A DNA stretch of 63,991 bases, filler included, from a bacterium (GTDB taxonomy: Bacteria; JALSQH01), in NCBI GenBank assembly GCA_027004335.1. It is 13 parts of 13 records of this genome, joined end to end, with 100 filler letters (N's around TTAATTAATTAA, not from the genome) between each part and the next. Parts side by side here need not be neighbours in the genome. Positions count along the whole stretch, not along the records: positions 49,394 to 56,777 come from JALTID010000199.1; positions 56,878 to 59,318 come from JALTID010000201.1; positions 59,419 to 61,819 come from JALTID010000204.1; 10 more parts are not named here. One strand, 5' to 3'. Shown here in pieces: positions 52,177 to 59,719 of the stretch (within the stretch, counting starts at the first letter, position 1; every line of letters starts with the position of its first letter). The translations under genes were made by a program, and so were the position numbers. The notes below the pieces were generated by a model. That model did not search any database. It was not told where the DNA came from and worked only from the letters and a program-made list of their open reading frames with translations.

Positions 52177-55125
52177 ATGAAAAAATTTACTATCATGATA
52201 TTTTTGCTTCTTGTTGCCGGATTTAATGGCTCATGTTCCAGGAAAAAAGTCAACTACTCAGATAAGACCCCTCCAAGAGTAATTGAGACCTACCCGGAAA
52301 ATGGCGCTACAGGTGTAACAATAAATTTAGATCAAATAGTAATTACCTTTAGTGAAGCAATTGATTCAGATTCAGCAACTTTCAGCTCATTGAAAATAAA
52401 TGTTCCTCTGTATGGAACGTTAAAAGTGGTAGAAAACAGGCTTTATCTCTATCCCTTTTACCCCCTTCAGTACGATACTAACTACCGAATTACAGTAACA
52501 AGGAATGTGAAAGATCTTTTTGGGAACAAACTTAAAAAAGAATACACACTATCATTTACCACTGAACATGATACAATTCCTCCTCCTCCACCTATTATTT
52601 ATCATACTCTTTACTACACCAACCAGAATCCATTTATGCTGGGTGGTGTTAAGCAAACAGATTCAGGAATAAAAGTAAACGGAAAAGTATATGTGCCTGT
52701 GGACTATACAACCGATTTTAATATTGAGCTTAATCTAACCGAAGGGAAAAATACATTCCAATTAACAGCTTTTGATAAAGCGGGGAACGAAAGTTCTCCT
52801 GTTACGGTAACTGTGATACTGGACACAATTCCCCCTTCAGCACCGGAAGTTACTGCACCGGTGAGAACAAGAAATGACCTCGTAGAAGTTTATGGTAAAA
52901 AAGATTCAGACTCAGAGGTGATAATAGATGAAGAAAGCACAGGTTTTCAACTCTGTGACAACAAAGCCTCTCAGAGTAGCTGGAAATGTGATATTACTTT
53001 TCCAGATGAAGGAAAAAGATGCTTTTCTGCAGTAAGTGTTGATGTAGCTGGAAATAGAAGCGATCAGGTAAGCTTCTGTATAACCAGAGATATCACACCA
53101 CCCAGCATATTTTCCATTGAAAACACATCTCCGACTGGAGGAGGCTATCTTGCTAAAGGCACAAGAGAAGCAGGCAGTTTATTATTTTTAAATGGCAGCG
53201 AATTTCAAACCGGAAATGGCACATTATGGCAGGTAACAAACAGTGTTAAAACAGGATATAATATCTTAAATTTTTCACTAACTGATGACCTGTTTAATTC
53301 ATCCCAGTTTATTTACACATTCTACCATGACTCCCAGCCACCTCTGCTCATTGGTTCTTATCCTCAGGCAGGAACAACCTTTGAAGCTCCTGTAACTGAG
53401 GTTACTCTCTTTTTTAACAAAGCTGTTACATTCTCGGCAGCCTGTTCAATAACTGATATAGTTTCATCACCTTTTCAGCCGGATGAAATTAAGTTCTCAA
53501 ATAAAGAAGTAACGATACATTTTTCTTCTCCTGTGTCAGGGACTAACCTCAACTTATATGTAAATGCAGGTTGCTTCGTAACTGGAATTCCCCAAAATCC
53601 TTCGTGGTGGATGGAATTCCCCAAAGAAGCAACAACAATTTCCGGAAGAGCATGGAACCTCCATTTCAAAAATGTAGGAACATCAACAGAAGAAATACCG
53701 CAACCTGCCTACCCCGAGCCAGTTTCTATAAGTGGTTGTGATTACTACTCCTGTGCCATAACAATTTCACCATTTTATTCTGATTTTAATATGAAAAAAG
53801 AAGAACTCCTCTTCTCGCTTTCCACCGAGGATTATTCCTATCTTTCAACTTCTGCTACTTTTAAAGAGCAGCTTTACCTGGTTAATAACATTCCACCATT
53901 TTCCTGTCCAAAAATTACTCTTTCAGTTAAAAATATATCAGGAAACCACTATGTAACCGATGTAACACTCACACCTACATTTTATTCATCATTTCTCACA
54001 GAAGTCTCTGGAGTTGCAGCATCTTCTTACTATTCAAAAGTTGTAACAGGTGACTGGAATGGAGATGGTATCCCCGATGTAGCATTTAACATAATCAAAA
54101 ATCCTCCAGGCGGTTATGATGCAGAAGTTCTAATTTTTATCAGAGACACCAATATGAAAATTATTCCCGAATCCATGAAAATCATATCTTATGGTAGTAG
54201 TGGTTACGCAATTACTATATCAAGAGGTGTAGATAGAGATTATCTTCTGCTCACTGAGCCGGTAAAAGGACTTTTAGGAATTTACAGATGGGATAGCAAT
54301 GACCCAACAATCATCCCTCCGAATAGAATTCAGTGGGAGGATCTGGGAGAAATTTTGAATTTAGCGGGAGAAGAGCACCTGGGAATAGATATCCTTAACT
54401 TAGGAAGCTTTTACAAGGGAGAAAATACCTTTATGGTGCTTACACCTTCACATACAGAAGATAATATTTTCATTCTCAATGGTAATTTTGAAATAATTGA
54501 TTCTATATACCTCGATGGTCTATATCCCAGATACAGGTTTACTGATGTAGGGAACTTCGCTGGCAGAGGAAATAATGCAAAAACCCTCTGTATATCGGGT
54601 CACATATATGACAATGGCAGGGGAAAAATTACCTGTTTCTATCAGGGAACGGATTTTCCACAAGAATATCCATTCTTTGATGTGAAGGGCAATTCTGATT
54701 CCGCCCAGTTAGGTGATCTTTTTACCTTAGCAGATGTCAATGGTGATGGCTTTGATGATATAATTGCAAGAAACTGGGATATGACAAAGGACAATATAGA
54801 AATTTTTCTGGGAGGTGATTACCCAGATGAGAAAATAGACAAAACTATTTCTCACCTAAGTAGCTATTTTATAGGTAAATTTAAGTACAGTAATATTAGT
54901 TTCATTCTCTTCAACAACATTTCCTCTAATGCTCTTATGATATGGAGAGCTAATCCTTTAATGGAACTAAAATACCCATACTACTATAGAGGATGTGTAG
55001 ATGGAGAATTACTCACATCCGCAGACAGGATGATTCAAATCGGTCCAAAAGAATTCATTATAATGAGGGCATCCGCTCTTTCGGGAGAAACAAACACAGC
55101 TCTCAGCTATCTTGAGATCCCTTAA
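52177..55125 (+). CDS. large surface lipoprotein with Ig-like and FG-GAP-like repeats
   Basis: lipobox NGSC, Big_5-type DKTPPRVIETYPENGA, repeated DTIPP/DxAGNxS, GDWNGDGIPD and ADVNGDGFDD. Confidence 0.8.
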   Translation: MKKFTIMIFLLLVAGFNGSCSRKKVNYSDKTPPRVIETYPENGATGVTINLDQIVITFSEAIDSDSATFSSLKINVPLYGTLKVVENRLYLYPFYPLQYDTNYRITVTRNVKDLFGNKLKKEYTLSFTTEHDTIPPPPPIIYHTLYYTNQNPFMLGGVKQTDSGIKVNGKVYVPVDYTTDFNIELNLTEGKNTFQLTAFDKAGNESSPVTVTVILDTIPPSAPEVTAPVRTRNDLVEVYGKKDSDSEVIIDEESTGFQLCDNKASQSSWKCDITFPDEGKRCFSAVSVDVAGNRSDQVSFCITRDITPPSIFSIENTSPTGGGYLAKGTREAGSLLFLNGSEFQTGNGTLWQVTNSVKTGYNILNFSLTDDLFNSSQFIYTFYHDSQPPLLIGSYPQAGTTFEAPVTEVTLFFNKAVTFSAACSITDIVSSPFQPDEIKFSNKEVTIHFSSPVSGTNLNLYVNAGCFVTGIPQNPSWWMEFPKEATTISGRAWNLHFKNVGTSTEEIPQPAYPEPVSISGCDYYSCAITISPFYSDFNMKKEELLFSLSTEDYSYLSTSATFKEQLYLVNNIPPFSCPKITLSVKNISGNHYVTDVTLTPTFYSSFLTEVSGVAASSYYSKVVTGDWNGDGIPDVAFNIIKNPPGGYDAEVLIFIRDTNMKIIPESMKIISYGSSGYAITISRGVDRDYLLLTEPVKGLLGIYRWDSNDPTIIPPNRIQWEDLGEILNLAGEEHLGIDILNLGSFYKGENTFMVLTPSHTEDNIFILNGNFEIIDSIYLDGLYPRYRFTDVGNFAGRGNNAKTLCISGHIYDNGRGKITCFYQGTDFPQEYPFFDVKGNSDSAQLGDLFTLADVNGDGFDDIIARNWDMTKDNIEIFLGGDYPDEKIDKTISHLSSYFIGKFKYSNISFILFNNISSNALMIWRANPLMELKYPYYYRGCVDGELLTSADRMIQIGPKEFIIMRASALSGETNTALSYLEIP

Positions 55126-55957
55126 TGGGTCTTAGTTTCACCTCTTCTATCTTACTTGCGTTAACTTTTTCAACCTCAAATTCCCATCCTGCATACCGGA
55201 ATTTCTCTCCCTGGTCAGGTACCATGTAACCATTTTTAGCAATTACAAGTCCAGCAACGGAATCAAACTCCTCTTCCATTTCGGCATCTATCATGATCCC
55301 AAACCTCTCTTTCAGCACGCGGAGAGGTGTATCTCCTCTCACAATTACTTCACCTTTTCCCTTTTTTAACACATAGACTTTTTTCTCCCTCTCGTAGTCA
55401 AATTCATCGGTAATATCTCCTACTATTTCTTCCAGAATATCCTCCATTGTTATGATACCTTCAATTCCTTCAGTAGCGGGATCAACCACAATAAGGAGAT
55501 GAGATCTTGCATCTCTCATTTTTTTCAGAGCAACAAATAAACCCATCGTATAAGGTACATGCAGGGCGTCTCGTAGAATAGATTTCCAGCCTTTCTCTTT
55601 CACAATCTCAGCTCTTGTTATAAGATCCTTCACATGTAGAATCCCCATCACTTCACCCTTTTCTTTCTCAAGAACGGGATATCTGGAATGTTTGCTTCTC
55701 TTTACCTCTGCTTCAATCTCTTCTAAGCTCATATCTTCATCAAGCATTTTCGTTTCTCCCAGGCTTATTACAATTTCTCCAACAGTTCCCTCCCTCCAGT
55801 GTAATCCAATTATTTTTGTAACTATCTCCTGAAATTTCTTTCGTTTTATTCTCCACTTCTCCCCTTGAGAATAAAACTTTTCTATCAAATCTCGCAGAAG
55901 GGGATCACTATAAGCTTTTGATTTTCTTATCAACCATGGGACCTTATCCTCTCCCAT
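55103..55957 (-). CDS. CorC/HlyC CBS-domain protein
   Basis: HSRYPV, GILHVKDL, TMEDILEEIVGDITDEFD, transporter-associated domain. Confidence 0.88.
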   Translation of the reverse strand: MGEDKVPWLIRKSKAYSDPLLRDLIEKFYSQGEKWRIKRKKFQEIVTKIIGLHWREGTVGEIVISLGETKMLDEDMSLEEIEAEVKRSKHSRYPVLEKEKGEVMGILHVKDLITRAEIVKEKGWKSILRDALHVPYTMGLFVALKKMRDARSHLLIVVDPATEGIEGIITMEDILEEIVGDITDEFDYEREKKVYVLKKGKGEVIVRGDTPLRVLKERFGIMIDAEMEEEFDSVAGLVIAKNGYMVPDQGEKFRYAGWEFEVEKVNASKIEEVKLRPIKGSQDS

Positions 55958-56402
55958 CCAGCCATTCCTTCCATTTTTTAAAATAGAGTTCTTCCTTTCT
56001 CATCATCTTTTTTGCTTCGCTGTCAGGAACATTTTCATGCTCATAATCCAGCCCATGAAGTATACCGTGAATAAGAAGCTTCCAGAATCTCTCCATGAGA
56101 TCAATTTTAGCCTCTTCTGCTTCCTCAAAAGCCCTGTCTGTATTAATAAAAATCTCTGCTATCACAGGGGATATTTCTCTGTTGAATCCCTTAATATAGG
56201 AAAAAGCTATCACATTGGTGCTACCTTCCCTCTCAAGATACTCTTTGTTTATTCGGATAATTTCCTCTGTTCCAGCGAAAGTAATAACAAATGAGCCCTC
56301 ATTTACCTCCTCCTCTTTTGCTATCATCTTTACGAGGTTAGCTACCTGTTTTCTGGGAATTTTTAATCTCTTCTGAAGATTTACTATCTCTACTTTTACC
56401 AT
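55944..56402 (-). CDS. ybeY: rRNA maturation endoribonuclease YbeY
   Basis: TNVIAF, HGILHGLDYEH. Confidence 0.92.
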   Translation of the reverse strand: MVKVEIVNLQKRLKIPRKQVANLVKMIAKEEEVNEGSFVITFAGTEEIIRINKEYLEREGSTNVIAFSYIKGFNREISPVIAEIFINTDRAFEEAEEAKIDLMERFWKLLIHGILHGLDYEHENVPDSEAKKMMRKEELYFKKWKEWLDGRG

Positions 56403-56580
56403 TTTCACCAACCTTCATGGGCTGATTAAGAACAACACCAGGGTAATCTATCCTGTGGTGAAAAGCACCGGATAGAACCTGCAGGAAACTCTCCTTAATC
56501 TTTTTAATATCGCTGAAAGTTAGATTTGTTTCATCTAACTGGCCGTCTTCAATAATTCCCATCACAATTTTATCAATCAA
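56338..56580 (-). CDS. HD-family phosphohydrolase (7TM-HD/PgpH-like), C-terminal fragment
   Basis: DGQLDE...LTF...HHRIDYP, typical gene upstream of ybeY; N-terminal part replaced by tpiA sequence. Confidence 0.75.
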   Translation of the reverse strand: MIDKIVMGIIEDGQLDETNLTFSDIKKIKESFLQVLSGAFHHRIDYPGVVLNQPMKVGENGKSRDSKSSEEIKNSQKTGS

Positions 56581-56777
56581 AAACTCCTCAAAGTTCTGGA
56601 AGCAGGCCTTAAACCAATCCACTGTATTGGAGAAACATTACAAGAGCGGGAAGAAGGCCAGATGCTGGAAGTCCTTAAACGGCAGGTTAAAGGTGGACTG
56701 AGCAACCTTACAGCTGAACAGATGACAGGGATTGTGATAGCCTATGAGCCGATCTGGGCGATTGGAACCGGTAAGAC
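56569..56777 (+). CDS. tpiA: triosephosphate isomerase, internal fragment (not in ORF track)
   Basis: translates FINQKLLKVLEAGLKPIHCIGETLQERE...IAYEPIWAIGTGK. Confidence 0.9.
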
Positions 56778-56877
56778 NNNNNNNNNNNNNNNNNNNNNNN
56801 NNNNNNNNNNNNNNNNNNNNNTTAATTAATTAANNNNNNNNNNNNNNNNNNNNNNNNNNNNNNNNNNNNNNNNNNNN

Positions 56878-57172
56878 GCCTTATTATTGTGGAATGTGAT
56901 GTTTACCTGTGCAGTTTTATAATTATCCGCCGTTACCTTTATGATGCCGGTGAAATTCGTTGAGAGAGTCAAAATAGCCACGCCGTTTTTATCTGTAAGC
57001 GCCGAGGCCGCTATCTGCGAAGTGTTTGTTATTGCCTGAACCGTTGCATTCTGCACCGCATTGCCATGCTCATCTAAAACTTTCACATAAACCTGTCCCG
57101 TATTGAGAGATTGCGCATCTGCTCCGGCCGCTGAGATTGCCCAAGCCATAGAGAGCATTAGGGCTATTACAA
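56878..57172 (-). CDS. secreted protein fragment with carboxypeptidase-regulatory-like (Ig) domain
   Basis: signal peptide end SAAGA; VKVLDEHGNAVQNATV...TDKNGVA; bounded by linker and N gap. Confidence 0.6.
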
Positions 57173-57303
57173 NNNNNNNNNNCTTCTACTCCTCTTTTTA
57201 TGAGTTCTCCTTCTTGCCGTTCATACCACCTCCATTTTATTTTTTGAGAGCATAGCCCTCATAACTCAAAAATGAGTAATATGATTTAAGTGGTAGCCAG
57301 ATT

Positions 57304-57528
57304 TTAAAGAAAGTAGAAAATTCTGCTATAACTCTTCTTGTCTCTCTCTACTTTCTTAAGTGATAACTCATTTCTGAGTATCAATGTGATTCTTACTTTC
57401 TCACCCTGTGTGAGCTGTCTCCCTAACTTCTTTTCTATTGCGTCATGAACCGCTATTTGCGTGATATTACCCTGCCTTTCTCTTAATTCCTCTGCCACCT
57501 TCAAAATAAGTCGCTTGGAGATTCTCAT
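57304..57528 (-). CDS. small basic hypothetical protein (possibly DNA-binding)
   Basis: 74 aa, K/R-rich; ATGA overlap with upstream ORF. Confidence 0.6.
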   Translation of the reverse strand: MRISKRLILKVAEELRERQGNITQIAVHDAIEKKLGRQLTQGEKVRITLILRNELSLKKVERDKKSYSRIFYFL

Positions 57529-58463
57529 GCGTAACCCTCCACTACGGTTTTTTCGTCCTGGGCGATGCGGTCCTGTGAAAAATCTTTCGTTGTAGGATGT
57601 AGGACTGCCTGGACAATTTCCTTTCCTATTTCTACTGCCATGCTTCTTACCAGCTCTGCCACTATCTCCGGGACCTTGCGGATCTCTTCTTTTGTCTCTT
57701 TTACTTCTTGCTTTATCTCCCTGATTTCCCCAGGCATTCTTAGATAAGTCTCCACATCATCAGGATCATAAAAATGGAGAGTGCCCGGCTCGGGAGTGTT
57801 GTCTATTGCACCATATTCCGTTACTATAACCTGCTTCTGAGATATCTCTTTAGCTACGGGATCATCTAAAACTTCCCACTTGGGTTTACCTATCATCACA
57901 GGATCTCCCAGCTCAAAACCTACCATATCCTCAAAGATCTTCTTCATTCTGAGGGCAGTTTCAAGGGCTTTGAAAGCTGCTTTCCAGGGATCATTTTCTT
58001 CTAAACTGAATTTGATGACTAAGGTTGAGGGATTATCATCCTTCCCGTTCTGCTCAACATATATATCCCCAAACCAGGTGTATTTCTTTACCCAGTTCTT
58101 GAGAACCACACTATGATCGAACCATAAATCTCCTTTCTTCTTTATCTTGAATTTGAATTGGACATTATGGACCCCTCGCAATCGTGGCAACTGAACCCCA
58201 ACCTCACCCCCTCTGAGCATTTTCGAAACTTCCACCTTGCCCCTCTCTGTGAGCCTATAATATTTTACATGCTTGAGCGTGAGAGATTGCTGAAATGCTG
58301 TTTTTTCAACATCTAACTCTATTAAGCCTCTCTCCTGGAGTTTCTTAATCCTTTGTGATATAGCCCCTTTTGATAAACCATATTTAAATGCAATTTCTGA
58401 GGCATTTAACCCATTTCCTATGAGCTTGAGAATATCAAAATCTGAGATTTTCTTACGGGGCAT
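57525..58463 (-). CDS. winged-HTH protein with unknown C-terminal domain and coiled coil
   Basis: ASEIAFKYGLSKGAISQRIKKLQERGLI...YRLTERG; GGGGTG RBS before ATG at 58463. Confidence 0.75.
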   Translation of the reverse strand: MPRKKISDFDILKLIGNGLNASEIAFKYGLSKGAISQRIKKLQERGLIELDVEKTAFQQSLTLKHVKYYRLTERGKVEVSKMLRGGEVGVQLPRLRGVHNVQFKFKIKKKGDLWFDHSVVLKNWVKKYTWFGDIYVEQNGKDDNPSTLVIKFSLEENDPWKAAFKALETALRMKKIFEDMVGFELGDPVMIGKPKWEVLDDPVAKEISQKQVIVTEYGAIDNTPEPGTLHFYDPDDVETYLRMPGEIREIKQEVKETKEEIRKVPEIVAELVRSMAVEIGKEIVQAVLHPTTKDFSQDRIAQDEKTVVEGYA

Positions 58464-58497
58464 TTTTGAAAACACCCCTTCCCAATATCCATGGCCC

Positions 58498-58540
58498 AAG
58501 TTTAGATCTTTCTAAACTTCTTCTAAACTTCGGCTCTAAA
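58498..58540. repeat. inverted plus tandem repeat array
   Basis: AAGTTTAGA-tctt-TCTAAACTT (58498-58519); TTCTAAACTTC twice (58510-58531); partial TCTAAA (58535-58540). Confidence 0.8.
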
Positions 58541-58550
58541 AAAGAAAAAA

Positions 58551-58865
58551 TCACACTTTCACCTCCAGGTACTCCATGAGGAATATTATCCCCTGCGGTG
58601 TGATTTGATAGAGCTGGAGATCTCTGATCTCTGGATTGCGGAGAAGGAAATAAAGTGCCCTGAGATCATCAAGGTTGTGAGTGTTGAATATAACTCCCTG
58701 TGGTGGCATCTCTTCCTCTTCCACGAGTTCCTCAGCTGTTTTGAATTCTTTATCTCTTGTAACTTTCCAAAGGGCCACAATGTAATCCGGGAGATCCGGG
58801 AAACCTACTGGATCGGAGAAGTATGCCTGGAGTTTCTCCAGGATTACTTTATTATCCAGCCTCAT
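58551..58865 (-). CDS. hypothetical protein
   Basis: 104-aa ORF, ATGA-coupled, followed by a T-rich tract. Confidence 0.65.
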   Translation of the reverse strand: MRLDNKVILEKLQAYFSDPVGFPDLPDYIVALWKVTRDKEFKTAEELVEEEEMPPQGVIFNTHNLDDLRALYFLLRNPEIRDLQLYQITPQGIIFLMEYLEVKV

Positions 58866-58978
58866 AGTATCTGAACCTCTGCATAGCGATACCGGTGTTT
58901 CTTCATTCTCTCTATAGCCTCTCTAAGAGTTTTTGCTGTATCAATAATCTCTCCCTGTGAGTTCCTGATATAGATCAT
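58862..58978 (-). CDS. 38-aa hypothetical protein (not in ORF track)
   Basis: MIYIRNSQGEIIDTAKTLREAIERMKKHRYRYAEVQIL; ATGA overlaps at both ends. Confidence 0.6.
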   Translation of the reverse strand: MIYIRNSQGEIIDTAKTLREAIERMKKHRYRYAEVQIL

Positions 58979-59202
58979 ACCGGCACCGCCTCCAATGCAA
59001 TCGGGAAAAGTGGGGTATCTTCCTTATCCCATACCTGGAAACTCACTGGCTTGGTCTCTGGATCTCCCTCAAGCTCGTATTTTGCCAGAATGAAAAGCCT
59101 TCCATATTGCTCTATTAGCTCCTTCTCTGTCTCCGTGATTGATGTCTCTGTAAGCACTCCATTATCCCATAAAATCTCCAACTTATAGGGCCTCTTTTTC
59201 AT
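58975..59202 (-). CDS. hypothetical protein
   Basis: 75-aa ORF with GGAGGTGG RBS. Confidence 0.65.
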   Translation of the reverse strand: MKKRPYKLEILWDNGVLTETSITETEKELIEQYGRLFILAKYELEGDPETKPVSFQVWDKEDTPLFPIALEAVPV

Positions 59203-59418
59203 AATACCACCTCCATGGGACCTTGAGAATGCGTGCGAATCCCCGTGGACCCTACACTTAGAAAATTCAAAATAGAACCTGTGTAATAAAGGCTCTCCTT
59301 ACAAAAATTTAGAAATTTNNNNNNNNNNNNNNNNNNNNNNNNNNNNNNNNNNNNNNNNNNNNTTAATTAATTAANNNNNNNNNNNNNNNNNNNNNNNNNN
59401 NNNNNNNNNNNNNNNNNN

Positions 59419-59655
59419 GTCTGAGACTACGAAAATTGTCAGAAGAGAAAGAGGAAGGGAAAAGTAGAAAAAATATTGTGGGAGAATTAGCACAGAGAAT
59501 TCTATTAAATCTTTATAAGAGATTCCCACGAAGAAAGAGCTTCTTAGAAGCCCGCCAATCTGAATGACTGTGAATGCCAGGTAAAAGATCAGAAAAAGGA
59601 GTAAAAAAATTATTATAAGCTGATTGAGAATGTAGATTTCCAATTTTTTTAACAT
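59419..59655 (-). CDS. LptF/LptG-family permease, N-terminal fragment
   Basis: MLKKLEIYIL...LILPQYFFYFSLPLSLL TM pattern. Confidence 0.65.
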
Positions 59656-59674
59656 ACAACATTATTTTAGCAGT

Positions 59675-59712
59675 AAAAAAAAAAAAAAAAAGGGGAACCA
59701 TCACGGTCCCCC
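59675..59712 (-). terminator. intrinsic terminator after acyl-CoA dehydrogenase
   Basis: minus strand GGGGACC-gtgat-GGTTCCCC followed by T17. Confidence 0.8.
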
Positions 59713-59719
59713 ATCTACC

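Larger units (their letters stand above)
57183..59318 (-). mobile_element. putative archaeal-type plasmid/virus fragment
   Basis: co-oriented ORFans with ATGA overlaps, GGAGGTG/GGGGTG RBSs, wHTH protein, repeat array; no housekeeping genes. Confidence 0.5.

Noticed and set aside
59675..59691. A17 tract as a phase-variation or retro-element signal
   Set aside because: It is the U-tract of an intrinsic terminator, and homopolymer length is error-prone.
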